A DNA stretch of 64,000 bases from Candidatus Delongbacteria bacterium (lineage in GTDB: Bacteria > CAIWAD01). This document shows positions 50,806 through 60,585 of this stretch, piece after piece. Positions within the stretch are counted from its first letter, which is position 1, and every line of letters begins with the position of its first letter. The notes beneath the pieces were generated by a model that was given only the letters and a program-made list of their open reading frames with translations, was not told the DNA's origin and searched no databases. The stretch lies in the NCBI GenBank assembly GCA_963663545.1, contig OY760505.1, forward strand, positions 1,408,001 to 1,472,000, written 5' to 3'. A program made the translations under genes and the position numbers.

Positions 50806-51912
50806 CTACCTACCTGCCGATGCAAGCTGGCGCAGCAATTCTCCGTTGTTGCGACTGTGGCGCACGCGGTCAACGACCTCCTGCACCGCAGCTCTGGGGT
50901 CCAGCGTTGCAAGATGCGCACGCAGGCGATTGAGGCCCTCGGACTCCTCCTCGGGAAAGAGCAGCTCTTCGCGGCGAGTGCCCGAAGCTTTAATGTCGAT
51001 GGCAGGAAAAATGCGCAAATCGGCAAGCTGACGTTTGAGCACAAGCTCACTGTTGCCCGTGCCCTTGAATTCCTCATAGATCAGTTGATCCATGCGGCTA
51101 CCGGTCTCGATGAGCGCCGTGGCAATAATGGTTACACTGCCGCCCCCTTCGACCTTGCGGGCCAGACCGAAGAAACGGCGAGGAATTTCCATGGCGCGCG
51201 CGTCCAATCCACCACTCATGGTACGGCCTGCGCCCTTGCCGGAAAGGTTGAAGGCGCGCGTGAGACGCGTGATACTGTCCACCAGCACCACTGTATCACG
51301 GCCACACTCCAGCTCGCAACGAATGTGATCCATGGCCAGCTCTGCCAGTGACACATGGGAGCGAATATCCTTATCGCTGCTGCTGGCCAGCACCTGCGCT
51401 GGTACCGAGCGACGGAATTGTGTCACCTCCTCCGGGCGCTCGTCGATGAGCAACACCAGAATGCGAACCTCCTCGTCGGAAGCGTGAATGGCGGTAGCGA
51501 TCTCTTCCAACAGCCGTGTTTTACCCGTTCGCGGTGGCGCAACAATCAGGCAGCGACTTCCCCTTCCAAGCGGTGATACAAGATCCATCACTCGCATGGA
51601 CAGGTTTCCACCCTTGCCCAGGTCGAAGCGCTCACTTGGAGAAAGCGCTGGCAGTTTGTCGAAAGGAAGGCGACCAGCAAAGTCTACAGGATCGCCTCCG
51701 CACACTTCCGTGATACGTTTCAGCTCGCGAGAGCGTTTCGTCAGTTCGGCCTCACCCGTGATACAAACGCCGTTGATCAAGCCATAATGCTGTATCAACT
51801 GAGCAGGTACAAAAACGTCTTCAGGATGAGGTTGAAAGGATCTTTCGACGCTGCGCAGCCAGGCCTCTTTGTTTGAGAGACAATGCAGCACGCCATGTGC
51901 GCTTTCCATCAT
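50806..51912 (-). CDS. rho: Short-form transcription termination factor Rho paralog
   Basis: APPRTGKT, LLIDERPEEVT, DSITRL.RA.N, EEFKGTGN.EL.L, FPAIDI..SGTRREELL. Only 368 aa. Confidence 0.9.
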   Translation of the reverse strand: MMESAHGVLHCLSNKEAWLRSVERSFQPHPEDVFVPAQLIQHYGLINGVCITGEAELTKRSRELKRITEVCGGDPVDFAGRLPFDKLPALSPSERFDLGKGGNLSMRVMDLVSPLGRGSRCLIVAPPRTGKTRLLEEIATAIHASDEEVRILVLLIDERPEEVTQFRRSVPAQVLASSSDKDIRSHVSLAELAMDHIRCELECGRDTVVLVDSITRLTRAFNLSGKGAGRTMSGGLDARAMEIPRRFFGLARKVEGGGSVTIIATALIETGSRMDQLIYEEFKGTGNSELVLKRQLADLRIFPAIDIKASGTRREELLFPEEESEGLNRLRAHLATLDPRAAVQEVVDRVRHSRNNGELLRQLASAGR

Positions 51913-51975
51913 GTCAGCTTTTCCGTTTCAATGGAAGCGGCCCGCCAGGAGACGGGCCGCGTCAGGTGTGAACAA

Positions 51976-53298
51976 TCAGGCCCGCTTGCGTTCCTGGGCC
52001 TGCTTCTGCTCACCGGCAGGCAGTTTCTTCTTGCCGCCCGTGAGCTGCTTGGTTTGGGCGCCCTCTTTGCGCCATGTAACACGGGGACGACGCTCGCCAC
52101 GGATGGAAGCCGGTGTTACAAGCACTTCGGCCACATCCTTGCGACCTGGCAGCTCGTACATGGTCTCCAGCAGCGCTGCCTCAACAATGCTGCGCAGTGC
52201 ACGTGCACCCGTCTTGCGCTTGCGTGAAGTGCGAACCACCTCGCGCAAAGCTTCATCCGAAAAACGCAGCGTCTGGCCTTCCATTTCAAAAAGGCGCTGA
52301 TACTGACGTACTACAGCATTTTTCGGTTCGGTGAGAATCTGCAGCATGGCGTCTTCGGAAAGTTCGCTCAAGGGAGCGATCACCGGCAGACGGCCAATCA
52401 GTTCGGGAATCAGACCGAAGTGCAGCAGATCATCAAATTCAACCAAGGCCAGCAACTCGCCCAGCGGCATGTCACGTGTATCCGCAATGGTGGCGCCAAA
52501 GCCCATGGTTTTCTTGCCAACACGCTGACGGATAATGGCATCCAGTCCGTCGAAAGCACCGCCGCAAATAAAGAGGATGTTGCGCGTGTTGATGTTGATC
52601 AGCTTCTGCTCAGGATGCTTGCGACCACCTTCCGGCGGCACGCTGGCAATGGTGCCTTCCAGCATCTTCAGCAGGGCCTGCTGCACACCCTCGCCGCTGA
52701 CATCACGCGTGATACTGACGTTGCCGTCCTTGCGGGCGATCTTGTCGATCTCGTCGATGTAAACGATGCCCATCTCAGCTGCTTCCACATCGTAGTTGGC
52801 AGCGTGCAGAAGGCGCACGAGGATGTTCTCGACGTCCTCGCCCACGTAGCCGGCTTCGGTCAGCACGGTGGCGTCGGCGATGGTAAAAGGAACCTGCAGG
52901 AAACGCGCCAGGGTCTGCGCTAGCAGGGTCTTGCCAGTACCCGTGGGGCCGACAAGCATGATATTGGCCTTCTGCAGCTCGACGTCATCGGTGACATCCT
53001 GGCTACGAATGCGCTTGTAATGGTTGTAGACGGCCACCGACAGAGACTTCTTCGCCTGCTCCTGCCCGATGACGTACTGGTCGAGGCGCTTCTTGATCTC
53101 GATGGGAGAGCCCAGATTTTCCAGCGCGGGACGGCGATTGCGCGTCATGTTGCGCTTGACGATCTGCGCGGAAGCGTCGACACACTCGTTGCAAATATTG
53201 ACGTTGGGCCCTTGGATCATGATCTGCACTTCGTGGCTGCTTCGGCCACAGAAGCTGCAAACCGGACTGTTATCGTAGGGGCCCTTGTCGCGATTCAT
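51976..53298 (-). CDS. clpX: ATP-dependent Clp protease ATP-binding subunit
   Basis: CSFCG..ICNEC zinc domain, [38 protein letters not shown]. Confidence 0.98.
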   Translation of the reverse strand: MNRDKGPYDNSPVCSFCGRSSHEVQIMIQGPNVNICNECVDASAQIVKRNMTRNRRPALENLGSPIEIKKRLDQYVIGQEQAKKSLSVAVYNHYKRIRSQDVTDDVELQKANIMLVGPTGTGKTLLAQTLARFLQVPFTIADATVLTEAGYVGEDVENILVRLLHAANYDVEAAEMGIVYIDEIDKIARKDGNVSITRDVSGEGVQQALLKMLEGTIASVPPEGGRKHPEQKLININTRNILFICGGAFDGLDAIIRQRVGKKTMGFGATIADTRDMPLGELLALVEFDDLLHFGLIPELIGRLPVIAPLSELSEDAMLQILTEPKNAVVRQYQRLFEMEGQTLRFSDEALREVVRTSRKRKTGARALRSIVEAALLETMYELPGRKDVAEVLVTPASIRGERRPRVTWRKEGAQTKQLTGGKKKLPAGEQKQAQERKRA

Positions 53299-53309
53299 GC
53301 AGACTCCGC

Positions 53310-53903
53310 TTACTTGTGCTTCAGCTGACTGGTGTACACCTGGTCCACGAGACCGTAGGCGACGGACTCTTCCGCGCTCATGAAATTGTCGCGGTCTGTG
53401 TCATGCTGAATGGTCTCAAGATCCTTGCCCGTGTGGTGCACCAGGATCTCGTTGAGCTTCTCACGGATCAGCAGGATTTCGCGCGCGTGAATTTCTACGT
53501 CGGAAGCCTGTCCGTAAGCGCCGCCCGACGGCTGATGAATCATCACGCGGCTGTGAGGCAGGGCATAACGCTTGCCCTTGGCACCCGCCGTCAGCAGAAG
53601 CGCGCCCATGCTGGCGGCCATGCCGATGCAAATGGTGCTCACATCCGGCTTGATGCACTGCATGGTGTCGTAAATGGCCAGACCGGCGCTCACGCTGCCG
53701 CCCGGGGAATTGATGTACAGATGGATGTCCTTCTCGGAATCCTCTGCCTCAAGAAACAGCAGCTGCGCCACCACCAGATTGGCGACGTAGTCGTTTACGG
53801 CTGTTCCCAGAAACACGATGCGCTCTTTCAGCAGACGGCTGTAGATGTCGAATGCGCGTTCGCCGCGGCCCGTCTGCTCGATCACTGTCGGGATCAAGGT
53901 CAT
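53310..53903 (-). CDS. clpP: Clp protease proteolytic subunit
   Basis: [45 protein letters not shown]. Confidence 0.98.
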   Translation of the reverse strand: MTLIPTVIEQTGRGERAFDIYSRLLKERIVFLGTAVNDYVANLVVAQLLFLEAEDSEKDIHLYINSPGGSVSAGLAIYDTMQCIKPDVSTICIGMAASMGALLLTAGAKGKRYALPHSRVMIHQPSGGAYGQASDVEIHAREILLIREKLNEILVHHTGKDLETIQHDTDRDNFMSAEESVAYGLVDQVYTSQLKHK

Positions 53904-53970
53904 ATCGTCTGTCTCCTCTGTGGGGTCGTCCTCTTCCTCGTATTGCGAAAAGAGAAACATACCCGGCAGA

Positions 53971-55275
53971 TCAGTTGGAGGTTTCAGCAGCACCGTTTTC
54001 CACTTCCCACGGTTCTTCACTGATCTCGGCCTGCTCGCTGAGGAAGCCCATCAGCTTCTTGTCCAACAGCTCGCCTGCAAGACGATCAAGGCCGCCACCA
54101 CGACGCAGCTGCAGACGCGCCGTCTGCGCATCAACGCCCATCATGCCAGCGTAGCGTTGAATCTCGGCGTCCATATCGCTCTCTTCGACACGAATCTCCT
54201 CTTGCTTGAGGATAGCGCGTGCCACAAGGCTCCACTGAATGTTGCGTGTCACCTGGTCGCGATAGCTGCGACGGACGATGTCCTCATCGATGGGATTGTC
54301 CGTGCCTTCCTTGGCGCGATGGATCAGGTCGTCCAGCTGGTTGTCAATCATTTTCTCGGGCACGTCCACCGGATTCGCCTCCAGCAGGGCCTCGATGAGG
54401 CTCTGGTGCAGGTTCTGCTCAATGGCGCGATCAAGCTGCTTCACCAGGTCCTCGCGCACGCGCACCTTCAACTCATCCAGCGTGTCGAAGCCAGGCGGGA
54501 CTTCCTTGGCAAAATCGTCGTTGAGCTCGGCCAGCTCCGCGCGCTTGACTTCGTGCACGGTCACCTGGTAATGCTCGGTCTTGCCAGCCAGCTCGGGATC
54601 GGGATCGTCCGCGTCATTGGTCACGCTGATGGCGCGATTCTCACCGGGCTTGATGCCCACCATCTGCTCGTCGAAGGCTGGCCCGTACTGGCCCTTACCC
54701 AACTCGACTTCGATGTTGCGATACAAACGACCTTCGAGCGCTTTGCCGCTCTCGTCGGTCTCCTGAATATTGCAGACAAGCTGGTCGCCGCTCAGCGCAC
54801 CGGCCTCAGCCTCGAGGGGAATCCAGGTGGCGTACTGGCGCTGCAGACTTTCGAGCGCGCGCTCCATATCGCGATCCTGGACATCGCGGACGCGACGAAC
54901 AACCGGAACGCCCTTGTACTTGGTCAACTCGACCTCAGGCTCCACCTCGACGCGGGCAACAAAACACAGCTCACCGCCGGGCTCGTGATCCACTTTGTCA
55001 ATGACAGCTTGATCGATGGGAGTCAGCTTCTGCTCCATGAGCGCCATGGGATAGCTCTCGTTCAGCAGTTCGTTGATTGCTTCACCGCGAGCCTGGTCGC
55101 CGTAGATCTTGCGCAGCATGCCTACGGGCACCTTGCCCTTGCGGAAGCCCTTCAGGTGGGCTTTGCGACCTAGGGTTTTCAGCTTACTCTCAACCCGCTC
55201 CTCAACCGTCGCGGCGGGCAGGGTTACGGTCAGCTCGCGCTCGGTGCGGCTGAGCTCCTTAACGGTGATGTCCAA
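53971..55275 (-). CDS. tig: Trigger factor
   Basis: GFRKGKVP signature, FKBP-like core, L.DDFA. TTG start after AAGGA. Confidence 0.93.
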   Translation of the reverse strand: MDITVKELSRTERELTVTLPAATVEERVESKLKTLGRKAHLKGFRKGKVPVGMLRKIYGDQARGEAINELLNESYPMALMEQKLTPIDQAVIDKVDHEPGGELCFVARVEVEPEVELTKYKGVPVVRRVRDVQDRDMERALESLQRQYATWIPLEAEAGALSGDQLVCNIQETDESGKALEGRLYRNIEVELGKGQYGPAFDEQMVGIKPGENRAISVTNDADDPDPELAGKTEHYQVTVHEVKRAELAELNDDFAKEVPPGFDTLDELKVRVREDLVKQLDRAIEQNLHQSLIEALLEANPVDVPEKMIDNQLDDLIHRAKEGTDNPIDEDIVRRSYRDQVTRNIQWSLVARAILKQEEIRVEESDMDAEIQRYAGMMGVDAQTARLQLRRGGGLDRLAGELLDKKLMGFLSEQAEISEEPWEVENGAAETSN

Positions 55276-55308
55276 GGTGGTGATTCCTTCTTTGCTACTC
55301 GAAAAATA

Positions 55309-55391
55309 TGCGGGAAGGGGGACTTGAACCCCCACGCCCTAAGGACACAGGAACCTAAATCCTGCGCGTCTGCCAATTCCGCCATTCCCGC
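55309..55391 (-). tRNA. tRNA-Leu (anticodon TAG)
   Basis: GCGGGAA/TTCCCGC acceptor stem, D-loop GGAATTGGCAGAC, CAGGA-TTTAGGT-TCCTG anticodon arm, long variable arm, GTTCAAGTC. CCA not encoded. Confidence 0.95.
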
Positions 55392-55407
55392 AATGACAGA
55401 ACCGGTG

Positions 55408-55436
55408 AAAATAGAGCAGTGGAGCTGCAAATGCAA
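55408..55436 (-). promoter_or_regulatory. Sigma70-type promoter of tRNA-Leu-tig
   Basis: TTGCAT-17 nt-TATTTT followed by a GC-rich discriminator; same -10 as the rplM promoter. Confidence 0.45.
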
Positions 55437-55528
55437 GTTGTTGGCCAGGGAGAGCGATGGAGTAAGTACACAAATTCAGCGACTACCGGATCGCATCGTC
55501 AGGGTAAATGCCAAGCGTCACCAGGCGA

Positions 55529-55572
55529 GGTGCCAGACACGGGTCAGACAGGTGCCAGACGGGGGTCAGACA
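55529..55572. repeat. Four tandem 11-bp repeats (two 22-bp units)
   Basis: GGTGCCAGACA CGGGTCAGACA GGTGCCAGACG GGGGTCAGACA. Confidence 0.85.
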
Positions 55573-55574
55573 CT

Positions 55575-55922
55575 TCAGGCCCGACCTGTATGATTCACAA
55601 TACGGTTCCGCAGCTCGGCTAGTTGTTCCGGCGAAGGGCGACAGCCTTGCTCGCGGTGCAAGCGCAGCATTTCCTCCACACCGAAACTCAAGCGCTCAAT
55701 CTCCCTGCGCGCCTGCGCACCACTCCGGCTTTGCGAAGCTGAAAGGGAAGTTGGGCAATGGGCGCCAAGTAGATCCCCAAGCGCTCCCAGCAGCTGGTGA
55801 ATCTTCAGCGCGGTCTGCCTTTGCTCGATGGCTTGCCTTAGTCGATCAAGAACGCCGAGCAGCGCATCCTGCTCGGCGTGGCTGAACTCGCTGTTACCCT
55901 CGGTAGTGCGCTGGCCTTGCAT
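55575..55922 (-). CDS. Degenerate hemerythrin-like protein
   Basis: AAGGAG SD; helix pattern aligns with the adjacent hemerythrin but most iron ligands are lost. Confidence 0.55.
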   Translation of the reverse strand: MQGQRTTEGNSEFSHAEQDALLGVLDRLRQAIEQRQTALKIHQLLGALGDLLGAHCPTSLSASQSRSGAQARREIERLSFGVEEMLRLHREQGCRPSPEQLAELRNRIVNHTGRA

Positions 55923-55996
55923 GAGTCTCTCCTTTGTGTCGATTCCGGAGTAGCTCTTTCGGCCAAACGCATGCCGAGTTTCACTCGTGCAGAAAG

Positions 55997-56401
55997 CTAT
56001 TTCGCAACTTTGCTCACCCAGGGCACGTACTTGGGATCCGTCTCCAGAATGTGGCTCTTCAGCCAATCGCGCAGCCAGTTCATCAGCTCCACATTCAAAG
56101 CCAGCTTGCCTGCGGCGTGCTGCGACTTGTAGTCATTCAGCTTCTTCACGAAGCCTTCGTGCTTGGCCAGATGAGGCGGGAACTCAGGATAGCCACCCTT
56201 GCGCATCAGCTCCTCTTCTTGGCGAAAATGGGTCTGGGTGTAGTCCACAAGCTCGGTCAGTACTTTCGCTGTCACCTGCGGACCCTGCCCGCTCTTCATG
56301 GCAGAAAACAATTGATCAATCAGCTCCACAAGGCGCTTGTGCTGGTTATCAATGATGCTTACGCCCAGAGCGTATTCAGGCTTCCATGCAAAAAAACTCA
56401 T
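55997..56401 (-). CDS. Bacteriohemerythrin
   Basis: W...Y..G...ID.QH, THF.QEE.LM...YP...H...H, WL..HI...D. GGAGG SD. Confidence 0.95.
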   Translation of the reverse strand: MSFFAWKPEYALGVSIIDNQHKRLVELIDQLFSAMKSGQGPQVTAKVLTELVDYTQTHFRQEEELMRKGGYPEFPPHLAKHEGFVKKLNDYKSQHAAGKLALNVELMNWLRDWLKSHILETDPKYVPWVSKVAK

Positions 56402-56490
56402 CGCTCCTCCCGAAATGGCTATCGAGCCCGCCACCGCGCACTCACAAATTGCTTTTCGGTAATACCGTTGTGTTTCTTTTGCAAGATAGG

Positions 56491-57390
56491 CTAAATGCCT
56501 GAAGGCCAACCTGTTTGCTGAGCATCGCGCACGCGCTGTAATTCGCGGATCAAGAGGTCAAGATCCTCGTCGCGCACCAGCGGACTGTAGACGCGCTCCC
56601 GGCGCACGGCGTCCTCATCGAGCTCGGCCAACAACAATCCAGCTTCGGGCTCCGCGAGCAATGCAGCCGGACGACCGTCAGGCCCCCACAGAGAACTTCC
56701 GCCCCAGAAGCCGATGCCGTCGTCAAAACCGACGCGATTGCAAAACAGCACCGGCAAAGATTGAGCCTTTGCATGAAAGGCCAGCAGTGTATACCAGATG
56801 CGCGAATTCTCACCCAGTGGAGCGTCACCGGTAGCCGCTGTATCACCGGAGCTGCCCGGTGATACAAATCCGCGAATCGGACTGGCGGCTGGCGCTAGCA
56901 ACAGACGAGCTCCGTCGTGGGCGAGAACCAGCGGTCCTCCCGCGTGCCACCAGTCGTTGCAGATTAGCATGCCCGTACGCCCCAGGCCGGTATCGAAGGC
57001 GCGCATCGCCTTGCCAGCCGCAAAAAAGCGACGTTCCTCGAACAGGCCGTAGGTGGGCAAAAACACCTTGCGGTGCACGTGCAGAAGCTTGCCGCCACTC
57101 AGGTAGAGCTGACTGTTGTAAAATAGACCCAGATCGGTGCGCTCCACCATGCCGAAGCAGATGTCGATCTCAACACTGGCCCGGTAAAGCGGTGCCAGAA
57201 AGGGATCCTCCAGCGCCATCGCCAGCTCGAAAACGAGATCGCGCAGCGCGTAGCCGGTCAGCGAGAGTTCGGGAAAGAGCACCAGACTTGCGCCTTGTGC
57301 GCGCGCCGCCTCGATTTGTGCAAGATGCACTTGAAGATTATAATCCAGGTCGCCGAGGCGCGGATTGGTTTGAGCGGCAGCAAGGCGCAT
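56491..57390 (-). CDS. Carbon-nitrogen hydrolase (nitrilase family; resembles the NadE glutaminase domain)
   Basis: FPELSLTGY, HRKVFLPTYGLF.E.RFF, LICNDWW (E-K-C triad), NRVG..DG..FWGGS. Confidence 0.9.
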   Translation of the reverse strand: MRLAAAQTNPRLGDLDYNLQVHLAQIEAARAQGASLVLFPELSLTGYALRDLVFELAMALEDPFLAPLYRASVEIDICFGMVERTDLGLFYNSQLYLSGGKLLHVHRKVFLPTYGLFEERRFFAAGKAMRAFDTGLGRTGMLICNDWWHAGGPLVLAHDGARLLLAPAASPIRGFVSPGSSGDTAATGDAPLGENSRIWYTLLAFHAKAQSLPVLFCNRVGFDDGIGFWGGSSLWGPDGRPAALLAEPEAGLLLAELDEDAVRRERVYSPLVRDEDLDLLIRELQRVRDAQQTGWPSGI

Positions 57391-57401
57391 GAGTCGACTC
57401 G

Positions 57402-58766
57402 TTAATTCTTCATGGACATGGTCGGGGCAGGAATGCGTCCACCACGCATGATAAAGGTGTGCGAGCTCTGGGTTCGCACCGGCATAATGGGCGCCTTGCC
57501 CAGCAGTCCGCCATAGTCGACGCTTTCGCCGACTTTGTAGCCGACGGCAGGAATGATACGCACGGCGGTCGTCTTCTGGTTGATCATACCCAGCGCAGCC
57601 TCGTCAGCGATGATGCCAGAAATGGTCGTCGCCGGTGTATCACCGGGAACGGCGATCATATCCAGGCCGACGGAACACACGGTGGTCATGGCCTCCAGCT
57701 TCTCGATGGACAGCACACCGGCCTCGACCGCACGAATCATGTCGGCATCCTCAGATACCGGAATGAATGCGCCGGAAAGGCCGCCGATGTAACTGGAACC
57801 CATCATGCCGCCCTTGCGCACAGCGTCGTTCAGGAGCGCCAACGCAGCGGTTGTGCCATGGGCACCTACATCCTCAAGGCCCATTTCCATCAGGATGCCG
57901 CCCACACTGTCTCCCTCAACCGGAGTAGGCGCAAGGGAAATATCGACGACACCAAAAGGCACATCTTCCAGCATCGCCACCTGACGGCCCACCAGCTCAC
58001 CCGCGCGCGTGATCTTGAAGGCCATGCGCTTGATGGCTTCGGCCAGCTCGCCGAAATCGGCCCTGGGGCCCACTTCCTTGACTGCGTTGAGCACTACACC
58101 GGGACCACTGATGCCGACGTTGAGCACAACATCGCCCTCGGTGATGCCGTGATACGCACCCGCGATGAAGGGATTATCCTCGACACTGTTGCAGAACACG
58201 ACAAGCTTGGCGCAGCCGATGGAAAGCCTGTCTGCGGTCAGCTCCGCCGTCCGCTTGATCACATCGCCCATCAGGCGCACAGCGTTCATGTTGATGCCAG
58301 CGCGCGAGGTCCCGATGTTAACACTGGAGCACACATGCTTCGTGGTTGCTAGCGCTTCGGGAATGGACATGATCAGATTCTGCTCACCAGGCGTCATGCC
58401 TTTGGCCACCAGTGCGCTGTAGCCCGCCAGGTAATCGATACCACACTCCTCGGCGGCACGATCCAGCGTCTTGGCCAGCTCGATGAACTGGTCGACGCTC
58501 ATTTGCTCACCGGGAATGGAAATGGGCGTAATGGAGACACGCTTGTTCGCGATGGTCAGGCCGTAGCGTTCCTCGATTTCGCGGGCGACCTTGACGTGAC
58601 GTGTTGCCAGACGTGTGATCTTGTCGTAAATGCGCGTCTTCATCACCTCAACCGAATCGGAGGCGCAGTCGCGCAGCGAAATGCCCAAGGTTACCGTGCG
58701 TATATCAAAGTGCTCCAGCTCGGTCATCTGCACCGTCTGGAGGATCTCTTCGTGGGACCAACTCAT
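57402..58766 (-). CDS. UPF0210 / DUF711 (PFL-like fold) protein
   Basis: [74 protein letters not shown]. Confidence 0.92.
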   Translation of the reverse strand: MSWSHEEILQTVQMTELEHFDIRTVTLGISLRDCASDSVEVMKTRIYDKITRLATRHVKVAREIEERYGLTIANKRVSITPISIPGEQMSVDQFIELAKTLDRAAEECGIDYLAGYSALVAKGMTPGEQNLIMSIPEALATTKHVCSSVNIGTSRAGINMNAVRLMGDVIKRTAELTADRLSIGCAKLVVFCNSVEDNPFIAGAYHGITEGDVVLNVGISGPGVVLNAVKEVGPRADFGELAEAIKRMAFKITRAGELVGRQVAMLEDVPFGVVDISLAPTPVEGDSVGGILMEMGLEDVGAHGTTAALALLNDAVRKGGMMGSSYIGGLSGAFIPVSEDADMIRAVEAGVLSIEKLEAMTTVCSVGLDMIAVPGDTPATTISGIIADEAALGMINQKTTAVRIIPAVGYKVGESVDYGGLLGKAPIMPVRTQSSHTFIMRGGRIPAPTMSMKN

Positions 58767-58802
58767 GAATTGCCTCTTCTCACAGCAAAGGAATGGCGAC
58801 GA

Positions 58803-59252
58803 TTACACACGATGCATGGCGGTGAACACATCCTCGTGCTGAGCGAGAATGCGGGAGCCCGTAGCATTACCAACATCGCTTAAGGCCTGCTTCAGGGAAG
58901 CGAAGCTGCTGGTCAGATTGGAAATATCCACGATCAGAATCATGGTGAACCAGTCCTGCAGAATGCGCTGGCTGATGTCGACTACGTTGCCATTGAAATC
59001 CGCCAGACAACGACTGACCGCCGCCAGAATTCCAGCCTTGTTCTTGCCGTAAACCGTGACGATAACCTGCGTTCCGCCAGTCGCGGGTGCGAGGTGCGAG
59101 GTCATGCTGCCCTGCAGATGCGGCACTTCCTGTGCCATGCGCTCGAGCGCTTCCTGCACAACACGGCGCACATTGTCGGGCGTGGCCAGATGACCCAGTT
59201 CTTCAATCGCCTTGCGGGTCAGCTCACGAATGGTGGCTTCGCTGATCGCCAT
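58803..59252 (-). CDS. UPF0237-type ACT domain protein with an N-terminal extension of about 60 aa
   Basis: VIVTV.GK...GI.A.VS..LA....N..DISQ.I....FTM, QHED.F.AMHR. Confidence 0.9.
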   Translation of the reverse strand: MAISEATIRELTRKAIEELGHLATPDNVRRVVQEALERMAQEVPHLQGSMTSHLAPATGGTQVIVTVYGKNKAGILAAVSRCLADFNGNVVDISQRILQDWFTMILIVDISNLTSSFASLKQALSDVGNATGSRILAQHEDVFTAMHRV

Positions 59253-59255
59253 CGT

Positions 59256-59612
59256 TTATTTCTCCTGCTTGTCGCCTTGGTCCGTGTCCGGTTTGCCAAT
59301 GCTGTAGTCGCCTTTGACGGGAGGCATTTTGCTCTTCAGCAGCGGTGAAGCCTCCAGCTCGTCCACAATGCCGATAACGGCGGCTTCTACCGAAACATCG
59401 GGATTGTTGCCCAGGGCCATTCTTGCAGCATGACCATAGGCGCAGATCACCATTTCGCCTTCACCGGCGCCTATCACGTCGGCACACACAACGAGGTCCT
59501 CGTTCGTTGCATAGTTCAGCCCCACTGGATGCACCAGCAGGAAACGCAGCGAACGCACGTTTTCCACTTTTCGCGTGGACCAGACCTTTCCGACTACTTT
59601 GCCTAAAAACAT
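59256..59612 (-). CDS. Microcompartment vertex protein (BMC-P, EutN/CcmL family)
   Basis: M.LGKVVG.VWST.K, V..D.IGAG.GE.V....G.AAR, V.AAVIGIVD. Confidence 0.92.
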   Translation of the reverse strand: MFLGKVVGKVWSTRKVENVRSLRFLLVHPVGLNYATNEDLVVCADVIGAGEGEMVICAYGHAARMALGNNPDVSVEAAVIGIVDELEASPLLKSKMPPVKGDYSIGKPDTDQGDKQEK

Positions 59613-59811
59613 GAAGCAGCGGCTCCCGATTGATCCTGTTGCTCCGATGTTGGAGCGTGACCCGACAATATACCAGTTGCGCGCTGAGATGGAGGGCGGC
59701 GACGGGGCTACCGATGGCGTCGGTGTTGATACAGTTTATTTCTGCATCCCATTTAACCGGATCGCGGGCTTTGCCGATAGAGCGTCATCGGACTGATCTT
59801 GATGAGGAAAC

Positions 59812-60585
59812 ATGAACGGAGCGAGCTGCGATATTCTGACGATTAACAGCCCTGGCATGGCGGTGCGTTTGCACCCCGGCTTCAAGCGGGCTGACAATCA
59901 GGATTGGATAGAATGGCGGTCCGATGAAAACCGCCTTGTCTGTGTAGTATGTGATGGCGTCGGCGGCCTGCGCTACGGCGACAGAGCCAGCAAGGAAGCG
60001 GCCCGCAGCTTCGTGGATCACCTGATCCCCCAGGAAGGTGGTCACAGTTGCTGGAACCAGGCGGGAATTCCTGACCTGGATACGGCAGGACTTGCTGTAA
60101 GACGCTCGATAGCCCGATTGCAGGCAAACCTTTCTGAGCAGCGCCTGGGTACGACACTAACCGGTCTTTGTCTCACCCGACAGCAGTTTTGGGTACTGCA
60201 CATCGGTGATACACGCGCGTATCTTTGGCGCAGGGGCAAATTGCACCAGCTAAGCCAGGATCACACAGTGGCCGCCGAGTCCCGTCTCACGCCGGTCTGT
60301 CTGGATCAGCAACAGCACAACAACGTGCTCACGCGTAGTCTGGGAAATCCATCACGCGAGACCTTTGATGTTATTCACCAGTCAATCGAAGAAGGGGACC
60401 GCTTGGTTCTCTGTTCCGATGGTCTGGAATCAGCAAGTATCACACGCGAGGAACTCACATCCTTCTGCAACAGTGAACCCAGCGCAATTGGTTTGGCCGA
60501 TGAGCTACTCTGCCGCGCGCTGGTCGGTGGCGCTCCAGACAACATCTCCATTGTCGTGATTCATCCGTGGGAGGTGTTTGCATGA
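59812..60585 (+). CDS. PP2C-family Ser/Thr phosphatase
   Basis: R.DNQD, VCDGVGG, GTT, HIGD.RAY, LSQDH, LTRSLG, LCSDGL, APDNIS. Confidence 0.92.
   Translation: MNGASCDILTINSPGMAVRLHPGFKRADNQDWIEWRSDENRLVCVVCDGVGGLRYGDRASKEAARSFVDHLIPQEGGHSCWNQAGIPDLDTAGLAVRRSIARLQANLSEQRLGTTLTGLCLTRQQFWVLHIGDTRAYLWRRGKLHQLSQDHTVAAESRLTPVCLDQQQHNNVLTRSLGNPSRETFDVIHQSIEEGDRLVLCSDGLESASITREELTSFCNSEPSAIGLADELLCRALVGGAPDNISIVVIHPWEVFA

Noticed and set aside
55276..55335. Extended trigger factor N terminus
   Set aside because: It would start inside tRNA-Leu; TTG at 55275 has an SD.
55309..55391. tRNA as an integration site for a mobile element
   Set aside because: No duplicated tRNA 3' end or integrase seen; tRNA-Leu-tig-clpP-clpX is a common native arrangement.
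59575..59815. Small plus-strand ORFs between eutN and PP2C
   Set aside because: No SD or motifs; the region is better explained as a divergent promoter.
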